Assembly (NCBI GenBank): GCA_023515725.1
Contig: JALDTO010000136.1
Coordinates: 261,321 to 325,320, forward strand
Direction: 5' to 3'
Origin: Amoeboaphelidium protococcarum X5
Lineage: Eukaryota; Fungi; Aphelidiomycota
DNA: 64,000 bases
The translations under genes and the position numbers were made by a program. Every line of letters begins with the position of its first letter. Within the stretch, counting starts at the first letter, position 1. Below are positions 1 through 12,652 of this stretch, in pieces. The notes below the pieces were generated by a model. The model worked only from the letters and a program-made list of their open reading frames with translations, was not told where the DNA came from and searched no databases.

Positions 1-1042
1 GACGTAATGACCCTGAACTATTCTACGATGAAAAGAATCTGCGTGGAGGTTGGAAGTGACCACCTACGCCGGCATTGGAGAGAGATTCACCGCCGCTTAA
101 GCCGTAGGCAAGCGCTACTTGGCCAATAGTATGGCGGTGTCTGACTTGGAGGGCTCATTGTTCAAGATCCCTCCCCTGCTCCTGGTCGCGGTTAGTCTTA
201 GCGTTTCATTAGATTCGCTGTAGAAGACGATACGCATAGGAGAGCTGTAGAATTGCGTAACAGACTTCCAGCGTTCCGCACAAATGACCTGGCTACTTTG
301 GCTCTCCCTTGGCTGCAGGAGTTGGACACCCAGAGACGGCTCCAACTTCAAGATAGCAGAATTATCTTACGAGATTTTGAAAGAGACTTGGTTGACAAAT
401 ATAGTGGGTGCACAATCTATGCGATTTATCATAATACCCTGAAAGAGTGGTTGAGGGTCAGATTTGAAACTTATATCAATAGAGTTTTATGAAATATTTA
501 ATTTTTAATTTTCATCGTTGTCCCAATTTGATCCGATAAATTTGAGCCAACGACTACGGCATGAATGAAGAAGGACAGGCTATGGCAGATTTGAAACATT
601 CAGTACAAACGACATTTTTACATTAAATTAAAATTCATATTTAATAGTATATGATACTGTACTAATATTAATTGTTGCGGGAAAAGAAAAAGGTTATAAA
701 TAGAAATAACTAAAGTAAAAAATTACCTCTATCTCAGTGTCAATGCAAATGTGCCTTGCACTCCAGTTGCAAGATTTTTTTATCTGATCTCGCATGAAAC
801 CAAATGTCCGTAAGAATTTGAATCTAAAAAAAAATTAGAAGCGCTTTAAAAAATAAACATCATTTTGTTATTCAAGACCATCAATCAACTTTCTTTTGCT
901 CCAAAAGTTTATGCAGCAGACTTAAGACCTCGTCATATCTCTTCTTATCCGTTTCTCTCTCCTCGTCGGCCTTCCTATACTCGTCAGCTATCTTCCACAA
1001 TTCCTTTTAAAGTCAATGCTACTAACAAGTTGTGAGACTTTA

Positions 1043-1120
1043 CTTTCCAATTCACTTACTCTTGCCACAATCGATTCCGAATCGCTTTCCAATTCACTAA
1101 CTTTTGCCACAATCGATTCC
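1043..1120. repeat. two-copy 42-bp tandem repeat
   Basis: ctttccaattcact...ttgccacaatcgattcc begins at 1043 and again at 1085; on the minus strand it encodes ESIVA[KR]VSELES twice inside an unidentified ORF. Confidence 0.8.
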
Positions 1121-2580
1121 AAATTGCGGCTTTCGGTTGATGGATGAGTCGCCTGAGCTATTGATGATAGGGGATTTCTAAGGTTGACACTCAATTAGAC
1201 AGATTTTGGATTGACAAAGTCCCCAAAAAGCTCTTTGAGCTGTCGGTCTAATTAGATGATTGTGCTGTGTTGAGACGCGCCCGGCACCTTACGCGTCACA
1301 GTGGAGCCTTTGTTGGTGCAAACTGTTTCAGAGCACGTAATAACTTTCCCACGCTCTCTCTTTTTATTCTCTGATTAGTTCTCATAAAGCATGGGTGCAG
1401 CCATTATGGGTTAGCACTAAGCATCTGGTATGCCATTACGAGTAGGCGCATATCTGAACGAGTTACCCGGTGCAGAGAGCAAAAAGCGAGAGCCACCGGT
1501 AAGGTGTCTTCTACGAGTTCCCAATCGTCTACGAGGAAGGAGAAGTAGTACTTCCTGTCGTGATCTAACCAGATTATCAAATCCTGGTTCTTGGTGAATC
1601 TTGTAATCAAGGGGCTGGAACGTTAAGTAATGCCGCCTTTTCTATTCTAAAGTTTTTGATCAGATATTATCAAATATAGATCAGTTGTCACTTAGTTATC
1701 TTTCACCTTTAATCTATTTGCTGATATCACACTTCCTACCCTGTTATGGACAGTGTAATTAATGTAAACAGGAGTATCATCCAGTATAGAAAAGCAGCGC
1801 AATTCAGATAGATGGGGAGGACAACGGCCTTGAATCGGATCTCAAATAATCTGCATTTTAAATCAGCATATCACAACGCCCAGGGAGCAATTGAAAGATT
1901 ACTTCACCATCTCAGAGTGACTCATATTAGTCGTGTTCTAAAGGAATCATATAGATACACCAGTATATTAAAGAATTTGAAGAGTGACTACTACCATTAT
2001 AAATAATAAGGATTGGGGTGATATGTAACAAGAAGTTCTATACTTACTACAAACACAAATCTGGAGCAGGAATATAACAAGACACCAAGTCAAACACGGG
2101 CTCTTTTATTTCGTATAAAGTCTTTAGATAATGCTCATCAAACATGAAAAACAAAGATAGATTCTAAAATACAAATTTATACCACTGATGCATCACCTCA
2201 TCGCATCTACTCAGTGAGCACCGTCACAACGACACGTAATCACAACGGCTTATAACTATTTCTCGACGAAATTCGATCCTGGTGATAACTCAAGCATTCG
2301 TGCGAATATAATGTTTCTGACCAGTATGGAGTCGATTACTTTAGAAAAGTTCAGCGGGCGTCAAAATCATGCATTGTCATTTTCAAGCTTAGTTTGAATC
2401 CACATGCTCTGATTAAACAGGAGCAGTTGATTTCGAATCAAAATTCAGGGGCTTTCTTGAGCCCGATAACATCATCCAGTGTCGACGCCTCTCTTTCACT
2501 CTCACTCTCTCTCGATCGCTTATCATCTATAAACAGCTTTGCACATAATTTGCGCATAATCTAATTAACAATTGCACACA

Positions 2581-3258
2581 ATGAAGATTTCGCTAATCAG
2601 TTTAATGACCATGGGAGCTATGGGCTCTTATATCAAGTTTTAGGAGGCTTTGGGCCCAATCGTTGAGCTAATGGAGCAGGACGCGTCTTCTCCTGCTGCG
2701 GTGGCATTCCCTGGTGGATCCCGTCCAAAGCCACCTCAAATGTGCTGGAAATCATTTGGCAAGGCTGTCAAGTCTCAGTGTGCTGCCAACGAAGAATTCT
2801 CTGCTGGTGCGTGCTATCCTGCTTGTAAGGAAGGCTATAAGGGATTCGGTCCTTACTGTGTTGCCCCAAAGCCTACCGACTCTGCTGGTCTGGATACTTA
2901 TGAGCGCGTCGCCACCGTCAAGGATCTGCCAGTGTCCACCACTGCTGTATGCCCAGCCAACATGCTGATGGCCACCGATAATGAGACGTGTATTTCTGCT
3001 CAGTGCCCAGCTGCAGTTCCTTTTGATTGTGCACTATTTTGCTCCAAGAATGCTTACACCTGTGCTGTCCAGATGGGCGGCTTCGGTACTGCACTCTTTA
3101 ACATTATTAAGGACGTATCTTCCGGAAACTGGCCTTCTGCCATCAACAAGGCTCAAGCTCTGTACCAGCAGGTCAGAGCTATCCCAGCATGTGCCGAGAC
3201 TGCCTAGGCTCAGTCCAACGACATTCTGGTTGAATTTATTCAGCTGTTCAAGAACTGA
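2581..3258 (+). CDS. secreted cysteine-rich protein (225 aa)
   Basis: ATG 2581, hydrophobic N-terminus MKISLISLMTMGAMG, TAG at 2641 and 3205 read as Gln, TGA 3256-3258; many Cys, motif CYPACKEGYKGFGPYC. Confidence 0.75.
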
Positions 3259-3562
3259 TCTTTGTTCTAATAAAATTATCACTTGAAATTGTTTTTTATT
3301 TGTTTCTTTAAAGCACCCAAGTGTTACGTGATTCGTAAAGCGCACATCGGCATGCCTGCTCTGATCAGTCTATTCACCCGTTTGGTAAATCGACATTTCA
3401 GTTTCACTTTCGCTCTCAAAGTTTCTTCTCTTCCTTTGTTTAAACTACCAAGAGCCAATTACTATCAACTTTGTGATTGCAGGCGAATTATAGTTTCATC
3501 TTTACTAATAAAAGTTTATCTGAACATCCCACTGACTATAATAGAACTGCAATATACATAGA

Positions 3563-4546
3563 ATGACTTTGAAAAGGCGCTTGATAAGTTTGATATTGCT
3601 TGTGCTGTTTGTTACTGTTATTGTATAAGTGTTGCGGATTGCATTCTACTTTTATACTCTGATATACTTTCCATATGACAATTTTTAAATACCGTTAGAT
3701 ATTGATATTAGGTAATGGAATGCTGAGAGAACTTCCCCTGGTGGCCGACACAACAATACTAGATACATACCCAAGATTATACATTAAATGTACAAGTAGA
3801 ATCACTCGCTACCTCTCCACTGGGAACAGGCACGGTAATCGTGTGAAAGTATGTACTAGCCTCTCGGATATGAAGTCAAGCTGTGGACAGATGATGAACT
3901 GGATCGCTTCATGCTATTAAATTATCCTGATGCTTATCATGGTCTTTTCTAAACATATAGATATTAGATTTAGAGAATAGATGCTGTGCGATATTTCCTA
4001 TTGTATCATTATGGAGGAATATATCTTGATCTTGATATTGGATGCAAGAAGGATATCACTGATTTACTCTACACGATCAACTTGTAACAACCAACCGCTG
4101 TACTTCCAATGACTGCACCGTTTGGCGTCAGCAATGATCTAGTAATATCTCCGGCGAGACATCCATTTGCCAAGCTGATGATGGATCAGTTGGAATCACA
4201 CAACTATGATCTAATGCTGAAAAGTGTGACTGTTCTGCTCAGCACTGGTCCCGCGTTCGTTGATAGATGTATTAGATTATACGCTATGCAGTACGGTTAT
4301 CACAGTGGCCTCGCTATTCTTCCTCATGAATGGTATGGCTCTCATGTCAATTCACATTTTTATCACGTCACTGGTAATAGCTGGCATGAGAAGGATTCCA
4401 CCATGATGAATTACTTGAATGAGCATCGGTTCACATCATTCCTCATGATTTCACTCTCTCTCACGTCTGTCTGTCTCTTTGGGTTCCTCCTATGTACAAA
4501 ACGTAGAAAGTTATCTAATTTTGAACGGAAAGTGAACGTGATTTAA
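3563..4546 (+). CDS. GT32 glycosyltransferase, SUR1/CSG1-like mannosylinositol phosphorylceramide synthase
   Basis: N-terminal TM, IPKIIHQ (Q=TAA), IQRIDAVRYFLLYHYGGIYLDLD, STGP, GNSWH, C-terminal TM plus basic tail. End placed at TAA 4544-4546; next in-frame TGA is 4817-4819 inside the retroelement, so the 3' end is uncertain. Confidence 0.85.
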
Positions 4547-4566
4547 ACATTGATAATCTCCTTAAT

Positions 4567-5735
4567 TGTTGGATTTTCTTAGTAAAGTATGTAGTGCTGT
4601 TAAGCTTGGTGTTTAACCTCAATTAGAAAGAGAAGATTGTTAATCAAGACCTGTGTCACTATCAGTGGTCAGACTTGTCACGCTTGCTCTTACGGTGGAA
4701 CTTTAAAGGAGCAGTGCCATTCTTGTGCTTATCAAGCCACCACTTAAGATGATCCCTCTCAGTACCAACTCCGTCGAAGAAACAGCGTTCCTCAGAATGA
4801 CCTGACATACCACAGTTGACGCACTTACGCTTCTTGGCCTTATCATCAAGACCAGACTTATCAGTCTTGCGCTTGCGTTTCTTGACGGTGACTGACATGG
4901 CAGTAGACTCAGCAGACGTTTCATTCGACGAACTAACTGACTTAAAATTTAATTCGGAATACTCTTCACAAAGATCACGTAACACATTAGCACAGCTCAT
5001 ATTCTCACCAGCTGTAGCTTGCTAATCAATGGACGCCTTGGGATACCACATTTTAGTAAACCGGAGTCAAACCTCTCCTCTTATGGAAGCTTCGCAAGGA
5101 AATCCAGACACAGCTACGTTTCTGAAATTACTTAGCCACCAGAGAGCGTCATTTGATATCGAATGCGCATAAGATCATTGAAGAATACCACAGGTCCTTT
5201 CAGGCTATCGAACTTAAGATTATGATATCGACGATTTAAGCGACCTTGTGCCTCCATCGTATCAGACGCGTGCAATTCTTTCAGCTTGTTCAACAGCAGC
5301 TTAACATTGGATATATTGCGTACCGTCTCAACTTGGGGTCCAAGTGATTTTTAATCACCCCAACGAGTGTGTTGTTATTAACAACTACTTACTCAATCAT
5401 GTTGATGTACTCTTCATCCAGCGCATCTTGTTTCAGTCGACCTCTCAAAACGCGCCAGTTTTGCCTTTTAAACATAGATAAGGTCTGGATATTCAGTAAG
5501 AATTTACTAGCAGTGTTCATCCAAAAGAGAGAGTCATATCCCTTGGTTAGCATCGCATTTTGAACACTGTCCAGCCAAGGCCAGTAATTGCTACCAACGA
5601 AGGATATAATGGTAGCACCACTGTTTGATCACTTATCGTTCATAATTATTGTACAGGAGAATACGTGCTGATTTTAGTAAAATATGAGAGAATAAACGTA
5701 TAGCTCAACCGCACTCATATTTTACTAAATCAACA
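4567..5735 (-). mobile_element. degenerate gag-only Ty1/copia-like LTR retroelement
   Basis: ends TGTTG...CAACA, flanked by TTAAT at 4562-4566 and 5736-5740; minus strand has copia gag-like FVGSNYWPWLDSVQNAMLTKG and a CCHC knuckle CVNCGMSGHSEERC; internal TGA and frameshifts; no pol. Confidence 0.75.
4662..5643 (-). pseudogene. retrotransposon gag remnant with zinc knuckle
   Basis: ATG 5643 is followed by an early TGA and frameshifts; open C-terminal part 4662-5000 has CX2CX4HX4C. Confidence 0.7.
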
Positions 5736-5862
5736 TTAATATTTCACACTATGCCTGTAAGCTTGAATGAATGGCAGAAATCATTTTAACTCGCACGGTT
5801 TAGTTTTCGAACGTTTCCTTCATCAATAACGAAATTTATAAAATTGATACGCAGAGGTGAAA

Positions 5863-6696
5863 ATGTATTTGACGCGCGTGTTGAGATAGTAATAGTAACC
5901 AATGCTGTAATCAGTCAAAAATATCAGTAGTGGAATGCGCATGATATTACCTTCGTTTACCAGAAGCCCGACTGTGCAAGCTTTTGTGTATGAATTCAAT
6001 AATACTCAGCCGGTTGGTGTCGCTCTGCTGCAAAAGTCAGTGTTTGCGGCACCTATTCGCTCCGATATCATGCACAAATGCGTCGTGTATTAGCAAGGAT
6101 AAATGCGCGGACTGGTCAAGGCACCATATGCTGATATCAATGATAGATACTCTCCAGTGGGAAAGTCGCGTAATGAAATGGGATTCAGTGGCAGGAAGAT
6201 CCTGAAGTAGAAAGGCAACGGTAGAGCGAGATAAGGCACCAGAGGAAGCCCTTCGCGTTTTGAGTCTGGTCTTGCATTTCCCAGGAAGTTTATAGATTTT
6301 AGGATTGAATTGCCTAATAAGGTGCAGCAGTTTGGTCTTAGAAGCTCCCTGTCTAGCAAGTACGCGTAGGATCAGTTGCGACTCGTTGATGGATTATAGA
6401 GATACATGGCGTCATCTACTTTCGGTGATCATAAGTAATTGTTGCGCTAAAGTCTACCACTGACAGATGGTAAATAATCAAGTAAAGATTCATCTCTGGA
6501 CAATTCTAAATTATTGTACGTGTTGGGCGATGCTGCTATGGTAGAAAAGGCTTCTGGAATATTGCCTGAAGATTATAAAAGACTGCAATTCAAGACTGCT
6601 CAAGATCTGACTGCATATGATGTTCTGTGTCATGACTATTTACTCTTGTCGCAGGAAGCACTGCAAGTACTAGAAAGGAAATTACACGTGTACTGA
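5863..6696 (+). CDS. MRPL4: mitochondrial ribosomal protein uL4m
   Basis: VFAAPIRSDIMHKCVVY, SGRKILKQKGNGRARQGTRGSP, LPNKVQQFGLRSSLSSK; presequence-like N-terminus; TGA stop. Confidence 0.9.
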
Positions 6697-6734
6697 ATTG
6701 AATAGACCAGTTTATTATATCATAATCTTATTTA

Positions 6735-9700
6735 TCATTTTGATTTCAATTTGAGATTGTAAAACGTAAAGCATTGCTGCATCTTCACAAGCTCCCGATT
6801 GAATGAGATGTTAAGGTCTTTAATAGTATCATTAGCAATGGCAGGTAATGTCGCCGTGCTCTGTGAACCATCGTAATTACTTTCCAAATGAGATGACAAC
6901 TTTTACTAACTGCTCTGCTAGAATGCATCACCGGTACTAGAGATGTCTCTAACTTTACCTTCAGTTTGCAGCAGTGACTAAAAGAGATTCAAACGATCAA
7001 AACTTTCCAGAGCTTTAAAGCATCTTAATACGACAAAAGTACCAATAACCAAACTATCATTAAACAGATGATACTCTAAAGAAAGACTTTTACCATCTCT
7101 TTAAGACAATAATTATCGCGAGTTACGAAATTGCAGAATCAAAGAATGGACCATCAGTAATGCGGCCAAGTAAGCAACTTCTTTGCAATCATACGAACCA
7201 AGTTCCAGAATACTTTTCAAGTTCTAGCTATAAGTCAAATTCATAACAGGGTCGTTATGGTTCTCCAAAGCACCAGATTGATCTATGATTGCAAATAATG
7301 AGAATGTATTACCAATCTTGTTAATCAAAGATGCATACTTGGTCAAATGAGGTTCTACTTTATGCATTAAAGACAACAGCATATCATAGGGAACTTTCAT
7401 ATCGTACTCAATACACTTGTCATTGTACTACTTTGCAAACGACAGAATGCAACTGTACAAATACTCATCACGTACCAAGTCACCAATCGACTAAAGTGAT
7501 TAGTCCATAGTAGAATAAAGCGCTGACAATAACGTGTTCTTTATCCCAGAGCCATGTATTCTTGAACAATCATTAATGTCGCAACTACTTAACACTGTCA
7601 GATTACCAGCCTGATGTGACTTTGAGACAAAGCTTTATGATACCCAGTCAAACTAGAAATCATTCAAAAACTATTCCAATTTACCATCAACAATGATTTA
7701 ATAGATATCAGTGTCAACCGAGTAGAAACTCTCAAGTTTAGGCAGTCCAGAAGGCACTTTGTTTATATCTATTCCATACTGAACCAGTGCCAATCTCTTC
7801 ATCTCTGTGTATATCTCTGCATCTTTGGGAAATGACATTTGATAATCATAAAACGATCTCACCATACACTATTCCACTTCTTATCTCAGAAATATACAAT
7901 GATCTAATCTCGTGATAAACTGTTCATTGTCAAATACACCAAATACAAAATCAATATCTTGTTTAAAGTCAGCATTAAAATCACCCAAGACAGCCGTGAT
8001 ACGTAATTCATTTTCAATCTCCAAACTAATAAACTTGACAAAGTCTTTCCACAGCAGCTAAATGGACCTCCAAAACTAATCAATAATTTAAACTTTAACA
8101 TCCTAGTGAAGATGTACACAAGACTGTTTCAAATATTCACCTGACTTACGCGCAACTGAAAGCATATCAGGCAGTAAAGCGCACACTTTCATATCTCTCT
8201 AGGATTATTGAAATAAAGCATCAATGATTACATTATTAAAATAGAAAACTTCTGCCAGATCAGCGCTTGACTCAAGTTGAGATGTGAAAGCCATAAATAG
8301 TTCCAACCGAGAGAGCAGCAATCTAAACTACTACACCAAGCTCTTTTTCATCACCTCAAGTCCAGATATTAAATCAAATCCAAATTTAATAACATCTAAA
8401 GTAGCAAGAGAAGGATTGTTATAAAGGCAGGCAATCATCAGATCCAGCAGTTGACTGTACTTGGCATTCTTTGAGGAATTGGATACATTCTTCTTGACTT
8501 GATAAAGCAATACGGCCAACTAAACGGATAGATGTCTTACAATGTACACTTGATATATTACCAATTAAGAATTACTGATAAAACCATGAACTTTTTAGAG
8601 AATCTAGACTAATTCACATAACCGCACAGCATTCTCATAACTAATAGGCTGTTGACATGCACAATGAAGACCAATAAAGTCGCACACAGTCTTTTTAATG
8701 AGTACACAATATCTCAAAGCTTCCATATGAACTAGCTGCTTAGAGTCCAGATAATCTTACGCCGAAATATTACTAGAAGGCTTTCGAGACAAATGCATTT
8801 AAAGAGAAGCCACGCGTTTCTACCACTCTGAGACTGATTTACGCAAATCATCATCAGAGAATTGACAACATGCACGGAGTAGATTCTAACACTATTCCGC
8901 AGTGATTTTACTCTTTCTAAATAGGAGTGGACACTGTTGCATTAAAAGTTCATACGTAACTAACGGGACATCCTCGCGCAGATGCAAGTACGGAAACTTG
9001 GCACAAATCTCAAGTAGAGCCTTGTTGATCTTTGCATTCTTATACTGGAGCGATGGATACAATTGCCATAAAAGTAGAACCAACTACACGGCACCAATAA
9101 GACGCAGACTCTCATCAACAGAGATTGTAACGGCAGATTTGGACTAGAGCAATGATGCCATGATGGAGCAACTGGTCTGCAACAGCGACTCGGCCAACTT
9201 TACATTTCCCAGCAGTTCAAGCATTGGATCATTAGCTGATTGGATATCATCAATAGTAAACAACTAAGCAGTGCATTTTATATAATCAGCTCTAAATAGA
9301 CGTTCATCAATACTCACTACAATGGACCGAACACTTTAATTCTACATCAACTCTGGCTTTGCAATCTACCAGCAAGGACGCAAGTAATCATTAGAGATGA
9401 CCAGTTCTTCCACAATCAATTAAATATTCATTAAATCCATCAATGTCTTCAACAAGTTAATCGGACGCGTCAACTGACCAAAGTCAAACTTGTTCTTATG
9501 TAGAGCATTCAAATGCAGCAGTAAGTCTTTAATGGTTACGCGTATATCCTTCACCACTTCGGCTAAATCTTCCAAAAATGGTAAATACTACCACATCATT
9601 CCATATGTCACCTCTTTATCAATTTCACTAATACTCACATTAGGTAATCCCTCTCCAAAAAGTCTTAATCTACCATACAATCCAATAGCAGTAATCTTTA

Positions 9701-9821
9701 ACTAAGAAGCTGCAGTCATTGATTTCGAGACACTAAGCACACACCCGCATGCTTAATCTTGCTCATAATCACCAAATTAATAAGGATTCGACAATGATTA
9801 TTTCAACTAAATTTGACTCAT
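6735..9821 (-). CDS. WASHC4: WASH complex subunit 4 (SWIP/KIAA1033)-like, about 1028 aa
   Basis: N-terminal LRLFGEG...YLPFLEDLAEVV...LLLHLNALH and C-terminal NDSLVIGTFVVLRCFKALESFDRLNLF resemble WASHC4 blocks (LLFYGEG..FLQELS; DDGFAMGVAYILKLL..FDSLHWF); start and stop are in one frame; middle not checked codon by codon. Confidence 0.7.
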
Positions 9822-10133
9822 CCTAAATCTCCAAATTTATCGAGTTTGAGGTACTGATAAGTAATCTCTGAAAATAACAAAGCTCTGGTATAAACAATAA
9901 AAGCTCTCAAAGGGAGAAAGAGACAGAGTAATATAAAGAGATAAAGAGAGAGAGAGAGTAAATGAAGAGTTGCTTCCAGCGCGCCGCTCTTTCAAACGAT
10001 CCGATGCGATCCGGCTCTTCGTTCCCGTCTTTGTCTCTCTCTCTCTCAACAAACAAAAATAATTACCTCATCATCATCATACCACTTAGTCATCGATTTA
10101 TCTGTACGTTTGGCATAGTTTATTATTAGTAGA

Positions 10134-10925
10134 ATGTCTTCTTAAGAACTGAGCGAATTAGCGAGGTAGACTGCGCAAGTGTCATTGAAGAGTAGTAGGT
10201 CGATGACTAATGCGCAGATTAATAGACTCGCGGACAATGGTGCAAATAATAATAATGATGGTGGTGTTGGTGGTAAGATTCGTTCATCTTCCGTTGAGCC
10301 GGATGGTCTCTCTTGGCCGAGCATTGGAACGCGGGAACGTCTCACGGAATCTGAAGACTAGCGGTAGGAGAGAATTAGGTAGATTGCTGCGTGTGTGTCT
10401 ACTATTTTACGGCTGATCGGCGAAGATCCAACCAGGGAGGGATTGTTAAAGACACCAGAGAGATATGCCAAGGCTCTGATGTACTTTAGTATTGGCTACG
10501 AGTCTAGTGTGACTGATGTGGTAAACGAGGCCGTGTTCATGGAGGAGAATGATGAGATGGTCATTGTAAAGAATATAGAGATATTCAGTCTATGCGAACA
10601 TCATATGGTGCCATTCATGGGCAAGGTTAGCATTGGTTACATCCCTAACAATAAAGTGATTGGTTTGAGCAAGTTGGCGCGTTTGGCCGAGATGTTTAGT
10701 CGTCGGTTGTAGGTGTAGGAGCGTCTCACCAGGCAGATTGCAATGTCTCTGATGGACACTTTGAATCCACAAGGAGTTGCCGTCACGATGGAAGCTTCTC
10801 ATTTATGCATGGTCATGCGTGGTGTGTAGAAGCCGCATTCCTCAACCATCACATCATGTATGCTGGGTGTATTTAGATCAGACTCTAAGACTAGAGAAGA
10901 ATTTCTCACATTGACGCGTAAATGA
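10134..10925 (+). CDS. FOL2: GTP cyclohydrolase I
   Basis: [42 protein letters not shown] (both Q=TAG, 10710 and 10716), [11 protein letters not shown]; TGA stop. Confidence 0.97.
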
Positions 10926-11182
10926 TATTCCTACTATACTATGTCTATTCTTGATTGTTTCGATTTTTCAGGTTCTGATTACATTAAGTTATGTAAACAA
11001 GAGTACATTACAACTGCTATACACTGTGCTTGAAAGATCAAATGCCTTTGCCTCGTTTCAGCACGCGCCGTGTAAAGTCTCTGAATATTGTTTTCTCTCT
11101 AACGGATCAAGTTTGAGGGATAAAGTTTAAATTGTTTCACTTGATAAAACGAAAATCATTTATATTAGGTTCACACTTCAGT

Positions 11183-11551
11183 ATGGGCAATATTGCTGCA
11201 GGTATAGCGGATGCTTAGAAAAAGAATATGGAGGCTCAGTAAAAGCAAATGATTGCTATGCAAATGGCTGCCTCTAGAGACTTGTGCATGTGGATTGGTG
11301 GTGTTTGGTCAACTCTACTGGCTGGCGCAATGATAAGCAGAAATAAAATGGTTCTTGCCCCACTTAGTGTCGTATCCGTAGTCCTTGCATACAATTTAGA
11401 TATGGCATATGGTGGTAAAATGGAAAGAATCAGGGCTGAACACTATCGCATTATCAACAATGAACAGCATTGGTTCAACCTGAAACAGAATGATCTGAAA
11501 CTAGAACAGAAAGTGAAGAGTGAATTATTAGAGCAAAAGAAGTAGTAATGA
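11183..11551 (+). CDS. PLGRKT/C9orf46-like small membrane protein
   Basis: MIAMQMAASRD..W, hydrophobic segments, LAYNLDMAYGGKMERIRAE; ends TAG TAA TGA. Confidence 0.75.
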
Positions 11552-11609
11552 CTACTGTACTTTGTATAGTGAGTATATAAAGATTATTATTAATTAGCTT
11601 ACGAAACTA

Positions 11610-12443
11610 TCATTATTACTATTAATTTAACTGGACCTGTTCTTGTTCAAGCAACTTGGTGTTCTAGTCCAATTACTCTTTCAACACTTGTAACATGGCC
11701 TTTCGCAATTGAACAACACTCTCCAACTTGGTTGGATCCTACTTGAGTATGGCAATCTTATTGGTGGCTTCAATCAACTTTTAATACTCAACACACGAAG
11801 CCTATTACTATTACTACTGCTTAAATGATGAAGATGATGCAGAAGTGTCAGATTCAGCTTTTCGCTTCTTAGAACTACCAGCGGCGGAAGAGGATGATAT
11901 TGATGATGCGGAATCTTGACTGCTATTGCTTAGCGGAGTACTAGAAGCGCCAGGCTATACTTGACTCAATCCACCAGCTAATGACTAAATATACGCGTCA
12001 TTGAATATTTTTCGCTCCTACCATACATTAAATAGCCGTTATACTTTTTAAACTATCGAGTCCACTTTCTTTGCATATTCAGCGTGATTCTATGATCTCA
12101 ACTGCTACCACTGCGAATAGAGCTTCTGCATGATTTCAGGTAGAATAGGTCTAAGAGCATCAAAGAACTCTGGACCCTTATTACGACTAGTCTGCAAAAT
12201 GTCGTTCACCAAATACAAGAGATTTATCTAACTAATCAGCTTATTTTTCGCGTCATTCAGTAAGACATCCTACCATATCTGAGCAATTATAACCGCTTTT
12301 CGTCGATAGAACACTAGATACGCAGAAACTGTCTGAATCTGCGCAGTGCTATCATTAAGCGAATTCATTTTCTATTTGCACTGGTCTTCCCATGACGGGC
12401 GCTTAGATTCATCGTTAGTATTTTACAGTAATTACTCAGACAT
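11610..12443 (-). CDS. RNA polymerase II CTD-interacting domain protein (Rtt103/RPRD-like)
   Basis: LNDSTAQIQTVSAYLVFYRRKA..IAQIW, LLYLVNDILQTSRNKGPEF; ends TAA TAG TAA TAA TGA. Confidence 0.85.
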
Positions 12444-12652
12444 CTCTCCTATTGTTATATCAATCGCAACAATATGCTGAATTGCTATGTTACTTTCTCT
12501 CTAGTTCAAAGCGAATAAAAAGTCTCGCTGAAGGTGTTTCTGAACGCGTCGTTGTTCATCTGCTCGTCTAAAACAGTTTCATCAATGATAAAAATAGACG
12601 CGTCCTTTATAATTGCTGTTGTTATAACATTGACTATGTGTTAGTTATCGAA

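Noticed and set aside
1-2300. Short ORFs at 145-492 (+), about 740-1260 (-) and 1404-2150 (-)
   Set aside because: No recognisable family or clear start, and frames are broken by TGA; possibly decayed genes, but not supportable
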